Notes: generated from the letters alone by a model not told the origin. A stretch of 64,000 nucleotides of DNA from an uncultured Holophagales bacterium (GCA_963842525.1 CAWJGT010000009.1:192001-256000), one strand, 5' to 3'; positions 20,695 to 32,603 are shown, numbered from the stretch's first letter. A program made the numbers and translations.

Positions 20695-21024
20695 CGTGCC
20701 CTCCTTCAGACCACGGAGCCCGCCAGGCCGGCATTGGCCGGGACGGTCCGCGGTCCCTACGAGCGATGCCTCCAAGTTTGGACCGGCTTGCCGCAGTTTC
20801 GTCGCCAGTTGGTGAAATTTCTCCGGGTCCACTCTCCGCAATGGAGGTGGCGCTCCGAAGCAATCTAGGTACGTCCAGAAGCGATTGCAAATTCCGCCGC
20901 GGACCGCGGCAAAGCAGGAACCTGTGCAAGGTTTCGCCGCAGCGGCCGCGCGCTTTGCCGTAGAAACTGCGGATTTTCGAATTCTGCTTGACAGCCCCAT
21001 TTTCGCGGCGTAGCCTGCCGCATC

Positions 21025-21436
21025 ATGACTGGCCACGGTCAAGGCGGATCACTTAGCCGTTCCTTCACGAGAGACCACTATCGGCGCCTCGCTTTCCGAA
21101 TTGCGGAACAGAGACAGGCGCGCGGCTGGAAGCAGCGGGAAGCTCAGTCAGCGGTCCGGGATCGAGCCCGACCGGCTCTCCCGGCTGGAGCGGGGAGCCC
21201 GAATCCGGATCGACGAGCTGGTCAACCTCAGCCGTGCGTTCGGGTTGGGAGTCGACGAGCTTCTCTTCGAGACCGCATCTTCCAGCGGCGACGAGGTCGT
21301 GGGGCTGGCGCGCGAGATCCGGAGCGTCGTCTCGCCGGAGGACCTGGCCGCGGTGAGCCGGGTCTTCCGTGCGTTGCTGGCGGGCTTTCTATCTCTTCAT
21401 GCGTCGCAGGACGCCGCATCGGGAGGTCGCGAGTGA
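21025..21436 (+). CDS. XRE HTH regulator (frameshift near 21140)
   Basis: RQARGWKQRE joins LSQRSGIEPDRLSRLERG...FGLGVDELL. Confidence 0.7.
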
Positions 21437-21699
21437 GCCGCAGGCCTTCGGACGTCCTGGCGCCGGACGAGCTCGAAGAGCTGACGCGGTTGCTCGCTGA
21501 GCTGCGGGGGCTCCGCGCGCGGTGGGAAGGGCTCCTGGCTCGACTGCACCGGGCCAGGAGATCTTCGGTGCGCGCCCTGGTCCGAGACCGCCTGCTGTGC
21601 GTTCTCCACGACTGCATTGCGCCGGCCCTTCGAGACGTCGACTCGATCGAAGCGGCGGCTCATTTCCGCGCTCCCCAGAGTGACGAGGAAACGATATGA
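21433..21699 (+). CDS. Small helical hypothetical protein
   Basis: GTGA/ATGA overlaps with both neighbouring HTH genes; LLCVLHDC motif. Confidence 0.6.
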   Translation: MSRRPSDVLAPDELEELTRLLAELRGLRARWEGLLARLHRARRSSVRALVRDRLLCVLHDCIAPALRDVDSIEAAAHFRAPQSDEETI

Positions 21700-22028
21700 A
21701 TATCGAAGACGAGGTGCGTCGGGCCGCCCGGCTGCTCGAGACCGTGATGCAGGCGGCCGGGCTCACCCGCAAAGACCTCGAACAGCGTCTGGATGCCGGT
21801 CCCGGCTATGTCAGCCAGGTCCTCACAGGGAGAATCGAGCTGAAGCTCCGCCACATCCTCGCCGTTTTGCGGGCGCTCGACGTAGAGCCTGCAATCTTTT
21901 TTCAGGCGCTCTATCCAGATGCAGGGGTTGCGAGCCGCCCGGCGCGCCTTCTCCTCTCACGAGAGGATCTGGAGAGTCTGCTCCGCAGGGCTGTCCGCGA
22001 GGTGCTTGCGGAGCGCAGACTTTTCTAG
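21696..22028 (+). CDS. XRE-like HTH regulator
   Basis: LTRKDLEQRLDAGPGYVSQVLTGRIELK...LDVEPAIFF. Confidence 0.8.
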   Translation: MNIEDEVRRAARLLETVMQAAGLTRKDLEQRLDAGPGYVSQVLTGRIELKLRHILAVLRALDVEPAIFFQALYPDAGVASRPARLLLSREDLESLLRRAVREVLAERRLF

Positions 22029-22045
22029 CGCGATCAGATCCAACC

Positions 22046-22075
22046 AAAAAAAGAGGCCGCTGTCGCCAGCGGCCT
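22046..22075 (-). terminator. Intrinsic terminator after the porin gene
   Basis: AGGCCGCTG/CAGCGGCCT stem with a T-run on the minus strand. Confidence 0.7.
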
Positions 22076-22101
22076 GCAGGACTCCGGGGCTGATCGCAGC
22101 C

Positions 22102-23452
22102 CTAGAAGATGATCTGGTACTGGAGGCGGGCCTCCTTGTCGGTGGTCCGCGTCGCGATGTTTTCGAGCTTCCCGGTAGTCGGCCTGGAGCTTGTGGTTGT
22201 GCTTGTTGAAGAAGTAGCCCAGGGCGAGGCCGCGCTCCTCGCGCTCGTTGTCGTCCACGTCGCTGTTGGGGTCGAGCTCGCCGAACCGGAGTGCGATTTC
22301 GAGCTTCTGCGGGATGACGAAGTAGCCGGCCTGTATGTTGAAACCCTCGTCGTCGAAATCGGAGAGGTTGTTGCTGCGGTCGTGCTCGCGCTGGAAGATC
22401 TCGCCGAAGACGGAGAACCGCTTGAATTTGAAGACCACGTCGCCGCCTACGATGGTGCGGTCGTCGGCATGGGCGGGTGTCGAGCCGGCGGCGGCGACCG
22501 GGAACTCGTTCGACTCGTACTGGCCGGCGATGGCGAAGAGCGGCTTCCCGGTGCTGTCGAAATCGCCCTCCGAATACTTCACATCGCCGAACGGCTGCCA
22601 GGTGACGCGGGCGTTCATCTGCAGGTCGTCGTTGTCGTTGCGCGACACGGTCCGGCCGTTGCCGTTGAACACGCCGACGCGCCAGTCGAGCTTGCTGCTG
22701 TTGGGGGTTCCCCAGAGCTGGATGCCGATGTCGCGTCCGCGGGCGAAGGTGTCGGAGACGGTCGAGCGGTCGACGAACTGCTGGCTGCCGGACGAGGTGA
22801 GCTGCTGGCGTCCGAACGGCACTTTGTACTGACCCGCCTTGAGCATGAAGGTCTTTTTGCCCTTGGTGAAGTCGTAGTTGACGGCGGCGTCTTCGAGCGG
22901 GTTGGCGGTGTCGGGCCAGTTGAGCTGCAGCTCGTAGGTGAGATCCTTGGTGTAGGCCCAGCCCTCGAACTTGGTCTTCATGCGGCGGATGCGGAAGGAG
23001 CTGCGGTCCGGATCGTTCGCCGGCTCGACCTCGCGGTTCTCTTGGGTGAAGCGGAACTGCAGCCGGTTGGAGATGATGAGCTCGGCCTGCTTCGAGGCGA
23101 TGGTGGTCTTGCCGTCCTTCCAGCCGACCGTGAAGGCCGGCGTGGTGCTCGGCGTGGGCCGGTCATAGCCGGGCAGGTTGTGCTTGAAGAAGTAGAGGTC
23201 GGCGGCCGTCTCGTTCTCGGCCACGACGGTCTCGCCGTTGGCTCCCTGGCCGACCAGGGTGAGGGAGATGCCCATGTCCCCGCTCTGCGACCAGAGCTTG
23301 TACTTCTCGGGGGTGTTGAACACGTAGATGCGGCCGTCCTTCTCGACCTCCTGGTAATACAAACCCGTCACCTGTGCCAGAGCGACGGAGCTGGCCAGCA
23401 GCGCGAGCATGAGCACGAGCAGGCCGGCTCTCAGCGTAGTGGATCTGCGCAT
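22102..23452 (-). CDS. Phosphate-selective porin (OprO/OprP-like), C-terminal frameshift
   Basis: Signal peptide; FRIRR, GQYKVPFG and GRDIG motifs; corrected end ARLQYQIIF*; divergent from pstS. Confidence 0.85.
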
Positions 23453-23540
23453 TCCAAGCTCTCCTTTGATTGCAGTTTGGTGATGCACTGTTCGAGTCGA
23501 AGTCAGGATAGGAGGGCCAGCCTGCAACGCTGCGACGGGT

Positions 23541-23611
23541 CTGTGACAGCCCTGCGACAGCGACCTCTCTTCCGGGAACAAAAGGCCCTTGTCACATCGC
23601 TGTCACAGCAC
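23541..23611. promoter_or_regulatory. Divergent Pho-box-like 11-bp direct repeats
   Basis: TGTCACATCGC-TGTCACAGCAC on + (23590-23611) and CTGTCGCAGGG-CTGTCACAG on - (23541-23560), between the porin gene and pstS. Confidence 0.65.
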
Positions 23612-23718
23612 GGTAGACGCGCTGCCAAACCCCTCTGCCAGAGTCTCCTCGACCGGAACGGAGAGACGCTCCGTCCGCCCCCTTTGAAAGCTCGTCAACT
23701 CAAGATAAGGAGATCGAG

Positions 23719-24708
23719 ATGAGGCAGAGTCTCAAGAGTCTCAAGTGTCTCAAGATTACTCCGCTCGTCGTGGCGGCAGTTCTGTGTGCGACCAGCTCCT
23801 TCGCCCAGGCCGTCAAGGTCGATGCGGCGATTCCGGCGTACAGCAAGACCAGCGGCGTGTCCGGCAACGTGAGCTCGGTCGGCTCGGACACGCTCAACAA
23901 CCTGATGACGCTGTGGGCGGAGGGCTACAAGAAGGAGTACCCCAACGTCCGCATCCAGATCGAGGGCAAAGGCTCCACGACGGCGCCGCCGGCGCTGATC
24001 CAGGGCACCTCGCAGCTCGGTCCCATGAGCCGTCCGATGAAGGCGGAGGAGATCGACGCGTTCGAGAAGAAATATGGCTACAAGCCGACGGCCATCCGTG
24101 TCGCCGTGGACGGCCTCGCGGTGTTCGTCAACAAGGACAACCCGATCAAGGGACTGACGGTCCAGCAGGTGGACGGGATCTTCTCGAAGGGCCGCTCCTG
24201 CGGCGGCAAGGCGATCGCTACCTGGGGCCAGCTCGGCGTGACCGACCCCGCGTGGGCGAAGCAGCCGATCAGCCTCTACGGCCGCAACTCGGCCTCCGGA
24301 ACCTACGGCTACTTCAAGGAGCATGCGCTCTGCAAGGGCGACTACAAGGACACCGTCAAGGAGCAGCCGGGCTCGGCTTCGGTGGTGCAGGGGATCAGCG
24401 AGGACAAGTTCTCCATTGGTTACAGCGGCGTGGGCTACAAGACCTCGGGTGTGCGGGCGGTGCCACTGGCCAAGGCGGGAGCGCAGTTCATCGACGATTC
24501 CCCGGAGAACATCCTTTCCGGCAAGTACCCGATTGCGCGCTTCCTCTACGTCTACGTCAACAAGGCCCCCAACCGGCCGCTGGACCCGCTGGTGCGGGAG
24601 CTCGTCAAGTATGTGCTCTCGCAGCAGGGCCAGCAGACCGTGGTCAAGGACGGCTTCATTCCGCTGCCTGCGAAGATCGTGCGGGAAGAGCTGGCCAAGC
24701 TCCAGTAA
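23719..24708 (+). CDS. pstS: Phosphate ABC transporter substrate-binding protein
   Basis: GSDT, GKGS, MSR, RNSASGT and YPIAR motifs. Confidence 0.93.
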   Translation: MRQSLKSLKCLKITPLVVAAVLCATSSFAQAVKVDAAIPAYSKTSGVSGNVSSVGSDTLNNLMTLWAEGYKKEYPNVRIQIEGKGSTTAPPALIQGTSQLGPMSRPMKAEEIDAFEKKYGYKPTAIRVAVDGLAVFVNKDNPIKGLTVQQVDGIFSKGRSCGGKAIATWGQLGVTDPAWAKQPISLYGRNSASGTYGYFKEHALCKGDYKDTVKEQPGSASVVQGISEDKFSIGYSGVGYKTSGVRAVPLAKAGAQFIDDSPENILSGKYPIARFLYVYVNKAPNRPLDPLVRELVKYVLSQQGQQTVVKDGFIPLPAKIVREELAKLQ

Positions 24709-24709
24709 G

Positions 24710-26947
24710 ATGGGGAACATGACGGCTGCAAGCGGGCCGCGCCGAGCCCATGATCAGACTCCGAAACGGCGCCTGATCGCGGACCGCGTGGCCCGCTGGG
24801 TCGTCTCCGCGGGCGGCATCGCCATCATCGCCAGTGTCCTCGGCATTCTCCTCTTCATCTTGCTCGAGGTCCTGCCGCTGACCTATTCCGCCGAGGTCGG
24901 CCCGGCGCGCCGCAGGACGATTGCCGGGACGGGCACCATCGGCGCCGTGCTGTCCGACGAGCACCGTTCGCACGTGGCGACTCTGGACGATCACGGGCAG
25001 GTGCGCATCGTCCGCCTGGACGACGGCAAGGTGGTCTACTCGGCCGGGTTGATCCCTCTCTCCCCGGCCCTCTCCCCTCCGACACTGACCGGCGTGAGCC
25101 TGCCGCCGGAGGGCCGTGCTTTCGCCGCCGCCACCCGGGACGGCCGCGTGATCTTGAAAAGCATGGGGTTCAGCGTGGGTTTCGAGGGCCAGCAGCGGGT
25201 GGTGACGCCGGACACCCAGCCGCCGATCTCCCTCGAGCTCGATCCGCAGCATGGGCCTCTGGGCGCCTTCGCCGCGCAACTCGGCGAAGACGGCGGCGCC
25301 ATCGCGGCGGCAATCCTTGCCAATCGTCGTCTGGCAATCGTCCGGCGCGCCGTGGAGACGAACGAGATGACCGGCGAGACGACGGAGTCGCTCTCCCGGG
25401 TCGAGGTGGATGCTCCGGGCCGGGTGACGGCGCTGGTGATCGATTTCGACCAGCGGAACCTCTATGGCGGCACGGCGGGCGGCGAGGTGCTCTGGTGGCC
25501 CCTGCAGGACGGCCAGCCGGGAGCGCTCCAGAGGGAGAGCGCCGGCGCGCCCGTTACGGCCCTGAGCCTGCTGCTCGGCGGGCGGTCCCTCGTCGTCGGC
25601 CAGCAGAACGGCGCCCTGTCGATCTGGTTCGCGGTGCGCCAGCGCGACGACTCCAAGCGGATGCAGCGGATCCGCGACTTCCCGCGCCTGCCGGACGCGG
25701 TGGCCGGCATCGCTCCGTCCCAGCGCGACAAGGGCTTCCTGGCGGTGGGCGGCGGCCGGATGGGCCTCTATTACTCCACATCGCACCGCACCCTGTGGAT
25801 CGGCCCCGCGCCGCTCCAGGGCCTGGCGCTCTTCTACACCCCGAAGGCGGACGGTGCCTTCATCGGCGGTGCCGGGCAGGTGGCCGAGGTGGCCATTCAC
25901 AACCCGCATCCCGAAGTGACGCCGCGCGCCCTCTTCGGCAAGGTCTGGTACGAGGGAGACGACAGGCCCGCGTACGTCTGGCAGTCGACCGGCGGGACCG
26001 ATGACTTCGAATCCAAGCTCTCGCTCACCCCATTGCTGGCGGGTACGCTCAAGGGGACGTTCTATTCGCTGCTGCTGGCCATCCCCCTGGGCATCCTCGG
26101 AGCGATGTACACCTCCCAGTTCATGCATCCGGTCTACAAGCGGTACCTCAAGCCGATGATCGAGATCATGGCCTCGTTGCCCAGCGTCGTCCTCGGCTTC
26201 CTGGCCGGGCTCTGGCTGGCGCCGCGCATCGAGCAGGCAGTCCCCGCGCTGGCCCTGATGGTCATCGTCCTGCCTTTCCTGATCCTGCTGGCCGGCTGGC
26301 TCTGGACCCGGCTGCCGCGCACGTTCCGCGGCCGCTTCCCGGTCGGTACCGAGGCCATTCTTTTCGTTTTTGTGCTGGCGGCGGGCATCGGCCTCTGTTT
26401 CCAGCTCTCGCCGCCCTTCGAGCGCCTCGCCTTCGGGGGCAATTTCCAAGCCTGGCTCCTGCAGGCGACCGGCCTCGGCTATGACCAGAGGAACGCCGTC
26501 GTCGTGGGGCTCGCGATGGGCTTTGCCGTCATCCCGATCATCTTCGCAATTGCCGAGGACGCCTTTTCCAACGTGCCCGGCAACCTGGTGGCCGGCTCGC
26601 TGGCACTGGGAGCCGACCGCTGGCAGACCGTGACCCGGGTGGTCCTGCCGACCGCGTCGCCCGGCATCTTCTCGGCCGTCATGGTCGGCTTCGGCCGCGC
26701 GGTGGGCGAGACGATGATCGTGCTCATGGCGACGGGCAACACGCCAATCATGTCGTGGAACCCCTTCAACGGCTTCCGGACATTGTCGGCCAATATCGCC
26801 GTGGAGATCCCGGAAGCCCCGCACGCCGGGACCCTCTATCGGACCCTGTTCCTGGCCGGTCTGCTCCTGTTCATCATCACCTTCGTCGTCAACACGGTGG
26901 CGGAGCTCGTGCGGCAGCGGCTGCGCGTACGGTACTCTCAACTCTGA
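24710..26947 (+). CDS. pstC: Phosphate ABC permease, long form with a large beta-rich domain
   Basis: IEIMASLPSVVLG, GSLALGA and GRAVGETM motifs. Confidence 0.9.
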   Translation: MGNMTAASGPRRAHDQTPKRRLIADRVARWVVSAGGIAIIASVLGILLFILLEVLPLTYSAEVGPARRRTIAGTGTIGAVLSDEHRSHVATLDDHGQVRIVRLDDGKVVYSAGLIPLSPALSPPTLTGVSLPPEGRAFAAATRDGRVILKSMGFSVGFEGQQRVVTPDTQPPISLELDPQHGPLGAFAAQLGEDGGAIAAAILANRRLAIVRRAVETNEMTGETTESLSRVEVDAPGRVTALVIDFDQRNLYGGTAGGEVLWWPLQDGQPGALQRESAGAPVTALSLLLGGRSLVVGQQNGALSIWFAVRQRDDSKRMQRIRDFPRLPDAVAGIAPSQRDKGFLAVGGGRMGLYYSTSHRTLWIGPAPLQGLALFYTPKADGAFIGGAGQVAEVAIHNPHPEVTPRALFGKVWYEGDDRPAYVWQSTGGTDDFESKLSLTPLLAGTLKGTFYSLLLAIPLGILGAMYTSQFMHPVYKRYLKPMIEIMASLPSVVLGFLAGLWLAPRIEQAVPALALMVIVLPFLILLAGWLWTRLPRTFRGRFPVGTEAILFVFVLAAGIGLCFQLSPPFERLAFGGNFQAWLLQATGLGYDQRNAVVVGLAMGFAVIPIIFAIAEDAFSNVPGNLVAGSLALGADRWQTVTRVVLPTASPGIFSAVMVGFGRAVGETMIVLMATGNTPIMSWNPFNGFRTLSANIAVEIPEAPHAGTLYRTLFLAGLLLFIITFVVNTVAELVRQRLRVRYSQL

Positions 26948-26948
26948 C

Positions 26949-28703
26949 GTGGAGCCGGACGATATGAATGCCCCGTCTTCGCAGGCCTCGTCAGAGGAGG
27001 CCGCCCAGGGCGCCTCCCGGTCGACGACGCGAGCCGTGGCCGACCGGCAGGCGCGGGACGTCTCCCTCTTCGGCGGCTACCGCCGGCGGTCCGGCGCCAT
27101 CGGGCAGGCCCTGACCTGGCTGTGTGGCGGAGCGCTCGCCTTCAACCTCCTGTTGGTCATTGCCATCCTGACCCTGCTGGCCGTCAACGGCCTGAGCTAC
27201 TTCTGGCAGAAGGACCTCGTGCTCCTCTCCCTGAAGGATGGCCGCAAGGTCCTGGGCGAGGTCTGGGAGGTGGAGAAGGTGCCCATCGAGGACGGCGCGG
27301 CCGCCATCGACCGCATGCGCCTGAAGATCGGCAACCGGGACGTCAGCGGGCTCGACTTCGTCTGGATCGACGAGAAGGACGTCGCCAGACGTTCCCGGCC
27401 TCGCGACGCGATGATGCTGGAGCGCCTCGAGTGGGGAAACTTCTACGGCAACATGGCCGAGCTGCGCCGGGGAAGCCAGGTGCTCGCCTCGGGCCAGGAT
27501 GCGGTCCTGCAAGCCTTCACCCCGCTCCACGCGCAGAAGGTCCGGGAGCTGGAGCAGATCGAGGACCTGGAGAAGGGCGGGATCGGCGACCTCAACTACG
27601 AGATCGAGCGCCTGCGGCTCGCGGAGAGGCGCCTGGAGCTGGAGCACGTGCCGGAGGCCGAGCGCCAGCGACGCAAAGCCGAGCTGGAGAAGGAGATCGC
27701 GAGCCGTCAGGCGGAATATGAGCAATTGGCCGCCCGGCTCACGCAGATGCGCGAGCGCTTGCAGGCCGAGACGCTGGTGATGCGCACGGCCGAGGGCGAG
27801 ACCAAGGAGATGCCGGTCGGGGCCGTGGTCCGGGCCTTCCAGCCCAACGAGATGGACACGCTGGCCCGGCTGCGGCTCTACGGCTCACGGAGCTGGGAGT
27901 TCGTCAGTGCCGATCCGCGCGAGTCCAATACCGAGGGAGGGATCTTTCCCGCCATCTTCGGCACGGTGATGATGGTCTTCCTCATGTCCTTCGCCGTGGC
28001 GCCGCTCGGCGTGCTGGCCGCGCTCTACCTGCGTGAATACGCCAAGCAGGGGCTCCTGGTCCGCATCGTGCGGATCGCGGTCAACAACCTGGCGGGGGTG
28101 CCGTCGATCGTCTTCGGCATGTTCGGGCTCGGCTTCTTCGTCTACCTGATCGGCGGCTCGATCGATCGCATTTTCTATCCGGAGGCCCTGCCGACGCCGA
28201 CCTTCGGCACCGGCGGCATCTTCTGGGCGGCCCTGACGCTGGCGCTGCTGACGGTGCCGGTGGTGATCGTGGCCGCGGAAGAGGGGTTGGCGGCGGTGCC
28301 GCGGATCGTGCGCGAGGGCTCGCTGGCTCTGGGGGCCACCAAATTCGAGACCATCCGGCGGGTGGTCATCCCCGCCGCGGCGCCGGGCATCCTGACGGGG
28401 ATGATCCTGGCCATGGCGCGCGCCGCGGGCGAGGTGGCGCCGCTGATGATCGTCGGCATGGTGAAGCTGGCTCCCACCCTGCCCGTGGACGGCAAGCCGC
28501 CGTTCGTCCACTTCGAGCGCAAGTTCATGCACCTGGGCTTCCACATTTTCGACGTCGGCTTCCAGAGCCCCAACGTGGAAGCCACGACGCCGCTGGTGTT
28601 CGCCACCGCGCTGCTGCTGATCATGGTGGTGACGGTGATGAACCTGCTGGCCATCTCGCTGCGCAACCACCTGCGCCGCAAATATGCCGGAAGCGCGGTT
28701 TGA
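26949..28703 (+). CDS. pstA: Phosphate ABC permease, long form
   Basis: [21 protein letters not shown] and ARAAGEVAP motifs. Confidence 0.92.
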   Translation: MEPDDMNAPSSQASSEEAAQGASRSTTRAVADRQARDVSLFGGYRRRSGAIGQALTWLCGGALAFNLLLVIAILTLLAVNGLSYFWQKDLVLLSLKDGRKVLGEVWEVEKVPIEDGAAAIDRMRLKIGNRDVSGLDFVWIDEKDVARRSRPRDAMMLERLEWGNFYGNMAELRRGSQVLASGQDAVLQAFTPLHAQKVRELEQIEDLEKGGIGDLNYEIERLRLAERRLELEHVPEAERQRRKAELEKEIASRQAEYEQLAARLTQMRERLQAETLVMRTAEGETKEMPVGAVVRAFQPNEMDTLARLRLYGSRSWEFVSADPRESNTEGGIFPAIFGTVMMVFLMSFAVAPLGVLAALYLREYAKQGLLVRIVRIAVNNLAGVPSIVFGMFGLGFFVYLIGGSIDRIFYPEALPTPTFGTGGIFWAALTLALLTVPVVIVAAEEGLAAVPRIVREGSLALGATKFETIRRVVIPAAAPGILTGMILAMARAAGEVAPLMIVGMVKLAPTLPVDGKPPFVHFERKFMHLGFHIFDVGFQSPNVEATTPLVFATALLLIMVVTVMNLLAISLRNHLRRKYAGSAV

Positions 28704-29569
28704 GCTCCGTGGAGACCAAGATGGTGAATCCTGATACGTCGCGCACCCACGCGATCCCGGAGGGAGCCGTCGCCGCCGGACGGGAGCGCGATCCGGCCCT
28801 GCAGCCCGACATCAAGGACCCGATTCTGCGGATCGAGTCGCTGGCGCTCTGGTACGGGCAGAAGCAGGCCCTGCACGGGATCTCGATGGAGATCCCGGAA
28901 AAACAGATCACGGCCTTCATCGGCCCTTCGGGCTGTGGCAAATCGACTCTGCTGCGCTGCATCAACCGGCTGAACGATCTGATCGACGGTGTGCGCACCG
29001 AGGGAGACATCCTGTTCAACGGCGCCAGCATCTTCGACCCGCGGATCGACATCAATGCCTTACGCAAGCGGATCGGCATGGTGTTCCAGAAGTCGAATCC
29101 GTTCCCGAAGTCGATCTACGAGAATGTGGCCTATGGCAGCCGCATCCAGGGGATCAACCGCAAGCGGGACCTGGACGAGGTCGTGGAGCGCAGCCTGCGC
29201 CGTGCGGCCCTCTGGGACGAGGTCAAGGACCGGCTCGACGACAGCGCCCTCGGCCTCTCGGGCGGCCAGCAGCAGCGCCTGTGCATCGCGAGAGCGATCG
29301 CCGTCGAGCCGGAGGTGATCCTCTTCGACGAGCCCTGCTCGGCCCTCGACCCGATCGCCACGGCGCGCATCGAGGAGCTGATGCAGGACCTGAAGACCCA
29401 ATACACCCAGGTCATCGTCACCCACAACATGCAGCAGGCCTCGCGCGTCTCCGACTACACCGCCTTCCTCTACCTTGGCGAGCTCGTCGAGTACGGCCCG
29501 ACCGAGCGGATCTTCATCAAGCCCGTGAAGTCGCAGACCGAGGACTACATCACCGGCCGCTTCGGGTGA
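28700..29569 (+). CDS. pstB: Phosphate ABC transporter ATPase
   Basis: [26 protein letters not shown]; ends YITGRFG. Confidence 0.96.
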   Translation: MSSVETKMVNPDTSRTHAIPEGAVAAGRERDPALQPDIKDPILRIESLALWYGQKQALHGISMEIPEKQITAFIGPSGCGKSTLLRCINRLNDLIDGVRTEGDILFNGASIFDPRIDINALRKRIGMVFQKSNPFPKSIYENVAYGSRIQGINRKRDLDEVVERSLRRAALWDEVKDRLDDSALGLSGGQQQRLCIARAIAVEPEVILFDEPCSALDPIATARIEELMQDLKTQYTQVIVTHNMQQASRVSDYTAFLYLGELVEYGPTERIFIKPVKSQTEDYITGRFG

Positions 29570-29591
29570 ACCGATGATATAGTCGTCCCTC

Positions 29592-29989
29592 GTGCCGAAA
29601 GCCCTGTTGCACCTCGTCAAGTGCCTTTTCCTGACTGTCTTCGCGGCAGCCGTGTGCGGAGTCTTCTTCGGCTGGCCCCCCCGTCTCAATCAGGTCCTTC
29701 GCGGGCTCGCAGATCCGCCGGCGTGGAGGTCGGGGTCGCGTCTGCCTGGGTCAGTTGGCGCCAGCGTAGGGCGACAACTGTCCGGCGTGCCGCGTTATGG
29801 GGTGCGCTCTGTGGTCTCGGCATCGGAGCCCTCGGTGCGTTGGTAGGCTGCGTTGTTGCGGGGATGCCTCCCTCTGAGTCGCTTTCAATCCTTGCCTGCT
29901 GGGCGGTCATGTCTGTGTTCATGGCACCGTACGTGGCACTCTGGCTAGCTGCCTTCTGCGCCTGGGAGAGGTGGCGCAGTGCCAGTTGA
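29592..29989 (+). CDS. Hypothetical membrane protein (probably frameshifted)
   Basis: Hydrophobic segments split between two overlapping ORFs. Confidence 0.35.
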
Positions 29990-30097
29990 GGCTCCACAGC
30001 AGGCTTGAGAGAGCGCCCTTGAGAAAGTGCCGCCAGTGCGGCAATCGTACGTGGCAGAAGGTCCGAAGACCGAGAGCGAGCTCGACGCGGAACCCTC

Positions 30098-30605
30098 GTG
30101 AGCATAGGCAATCTCATCGATTGGCTTGTTAAGGACAAGCAGAAAGACCTCTTCGAGGTCGTTGTCGCGCTGGTTCTGAACATCCTTTTCCTCGCACTGA
30201 TCGCACTGCTGCTCTGGCCTCTTGACCGACTCATGCTGGCGTTTGGTCTCGCGAAGGGCTATGGCATCTTCTGGATCGTCGTCTTTGTGACCGCTTTATT
30301 GGTAAGCGCTTCACCATCTTTGTTCCGGGTAAATCTGTATGACCACTCCAACGCTTTTGTGATCTCGAATCTTGCGGTCAGTTGCCTCTTGCAGTTGGGC
30401 TGGGCGGCTTTTGCCGCCCTGACGGTTCACAGCTTTCGTGACCGGCTTGCCTGCCTGGGTTGTGGTGCTCCTGTATCTCGTCGGGGTGCTTTCGTGCTTC
30501 ATCGCTTTCTTTGCAGTCTCGGCTTTCTACCAGGGGCATCTTTATAAATTCGTCAGCCTGCCCCTTGCCCTGGTCAGCTTCGTCGTGTTCAGCCTATTGC
30601 TCTAG
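30098..30605 (+). CDS. Hypothetical membrane protein (frameshifted)
   Basis: Consecutive hydrophobic segments; lower GC. Confidence 0.5.
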
Positions 30606-32035
30606 ATCCGTACCCGCAGGAACGCCATCCAGGACAGCGGCCGGTCGCCATAGTCCACCTCGAGCTCGCTCGGGATCAGGGCAAGGCTGCCGAGCAGTCC
30701 TACGCCCCCCTTCCAGCCGTCGCCGAGGACCGCATCGTAGATGTAGCCGAGGGAGAGCTTGCCGACGTTAAGACGTCGCCGATGTGCACGCCGTTTTTTT
30801 CGTGGCTCTCGTCCGCCACGAAGCCGTGGCCGAAGAGCTCGTCGTTCTGCTTGCCGTTCGAGCCGGCCGAAGAGGGTGTGCCGCTGTGCGAAGGTGGCCG
30901 CCGATTCGAGCAGCCAGGTGTCCGTGGTGGACCCCGGATCCTTGGCGTTGCGTCCCCAGGCCAGGGTGGTCTGCCAGTTGCCGTCCGCCAGCGGGCGGTT
31001 GTAGATCGCCGAAAGCGTCGAGCGGTCGGTGTCCACCTCCGGCTCGAGCTGCTCGGGGCTGTTCAGGTGCCCGAAGCTCGCCTGGAGCGCCCAGTTGACG
31101 GTCGGCTGCCAGGAGGCGCGAAGGGACCAGGAGTCCATCTTCGGCTCTTCGATGTCGGTGCGCTCCTCGTCCGGCTCGCGGCCGGTGAACACCGAGCCCT
31201 CCAGCTTGAACGGACCCCGCACCCAGCCGAGCGTGGCGACGCCGAAGGTGATGTGGGTCGAGTCCAGCCAGTGGTGCGCCAGGGGGGCCTCGGGGTTCTC
31301 CAATCCCGAGAAGCGGTGCATGAAGGCGGGCGGACCCAGTGCCGGCTCGCCGGGCAGGCCCAGATAGAGGAAGACTGAGTCGTCGGTCCCCATGGGCACG
31401 CTGTAGGTGGCCGCGAGCTCCATGAACAGGTCGTGCGGGTGCTGCCGGTCGATCAGGGGATCGACGCCATTGGCGGTCTCGCCGGTCTGGAGGAGGAGCG
31501 GATAGCCCTCGTCGCCGATGGTCCAGGGCTCGGCCGAGAGCATGGCCCGCAGGCCCAGCCGGCCGGAGCCGAGGGGCCGCGTCGCCATGCCCATCAGCAT
31601 GTTCTGGCTGAAGGTCTTTTCATCCCCTCGTGGCCCGTCCTGGTCGTCGTAGATGAGGCTGGCGAAGCCGTGGGCCATCAGCTCCCAGTCGCCCCGGGTC
31701 CGATGAAGCCCGGTGTGGGGAGCCGACTCGGGCTGCCAGGCCGTGCCCGAGGCCTCGCGGCTCATCGGATAGGGGCCGAGCATCCCTGGCATGGCGTGCC
31801 CAGTTTCGTGCTGGTCATGCATGTCCTGGCCCGGCGTCCCTTGCGGTGCGGGCTCGTGTCCTTCGTGCTCGGCCGGTGGCACCGGCCGGAGGGGTTTCGG
31901 CTGGCGGCTCAGCGCCGTGCTTGTGGGCGGCATGGGCGGCGGCGGCTGCTGCTGGGGCGGCGGCGGTTGATGGTGCTCGTGTTGGGCCAGGGCCGGCGAG
32001 CCAGCCAGCAGAGCGATCGCTAGAAACTTCCACAT
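30602..32035 (-). CDS. Outer-membrane beta-barrel protein with a His/Met-rich N-terminus, probably metal-related
   Basis: Signal peptide; QHEHH...HAMPGM; REASGTAWQP, DRQHPHD and HHWLDSTHI motifs; alternating C-terminal strand. Confidence 0.7.
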   Translation of the reverse strand: MWKFLAIALLAGSPALAQHEHHQPPPPQQQPPPPMPPTSTALSRQPKPLRPVPPAEHEGHEPAPQGTPGQDMHDQHETGHAMPGMLGPYPMSREASGTAWQPESAPHTGLHRTRGDWELMAHGFASLIYDDQDGPRGDEKTFSQNMLMGMATRPLGSGRLGLRAMLSAEPWTIGDEGYPLLLQTGETANGVDPLIDRQHPHDLFMELAATYSVPMGTDDSVFLYLGLPGEPALGPPAFMHRFSGLENPEAPLAHHWLDSTHITFGVATLGWVRGPFKLEGSVFTGREPDEERTDIEEPKMDSWSLRASWQPTVNWALQASFGHLNSPEQLEPEVDTDRSTLSAIYNRPLADGNWQTTLAWGRNAKDPGSTTDTWLLESAATFAQRHTLFGRLERQAERRALRPRLRGGREPRKKRRAHRRRLNVGKLSLGYIYDAVLGDGWKGGVGLLGSLALIPSELEVDYGDRPLSWMAFLRVRI

Positions 32036-32137
32036 CGGACATCTCCCTTGTTCGCGAGGGTTCGACAGAGCCCGGACACACGGGACGCGCCAACGGCGCG
32101 ACTCCCAGGCCGGACGGGTACGACGTCTGTCGTCCGG

Positions 32138-32480
32138 CTACGTCAAGGGGATATGGTCGATCGAGAAGACGAACGGCGGCGGGACGTGGTCCCCGCGATC
32201 GAGGGCCAGCTCCTGGACGGTCCGCATGCCGTCCAAAGAGGGTCTGGTCCCGAGCACGGCGCTGGCCTGGCAGGCCTTCTGGCACAGGTCGTGGCCGCCC
32301 CGCGGGTCGCAGCAGTCGTCGCTGGAAGGAGCCGGCGCGGGCTTTTCCGCCTCATGGCAGGAGCCGTGCTCCATGATGGGCTGGCTTGGCTTCTCCTGGG
32401 CCCGGCAGGGATGGGGTCCCGACAGCCAGACCGAGGACCAGCGCGAGCAGGAGGAGCCAGATGGTGGAGCGTGCTTCCAT
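32138..32480 (-). CDS. Small Cys/His-rich membrane-anchored protein (DUF2946-like, frameshifted)
   Basis: SCH...DCC...LCQKACQ...IDHIP; lies directly upstream of the His-rich OM gene. Confidence 0.55.
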
Positions 32481-32603
32481 GGCGTGAGGCGGCCCCGGGG
32501 AGAAATCCCGGGGGGAGAGTCAGTCTACCACGGCATTGTGCGGGCAGAACCTTCGCAAGTGCGCGCCACGACCGAGGATAGCTCTGGTCCGTGGTCATCT
32601 CGG

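Noticed and set aside
24323-24709. N-terminal extension of pstC overlapping pstS
   Set aside because: Off-frame open reading in GC-rich DNA; a plausible start follows the pstS stop at 24710/24719.
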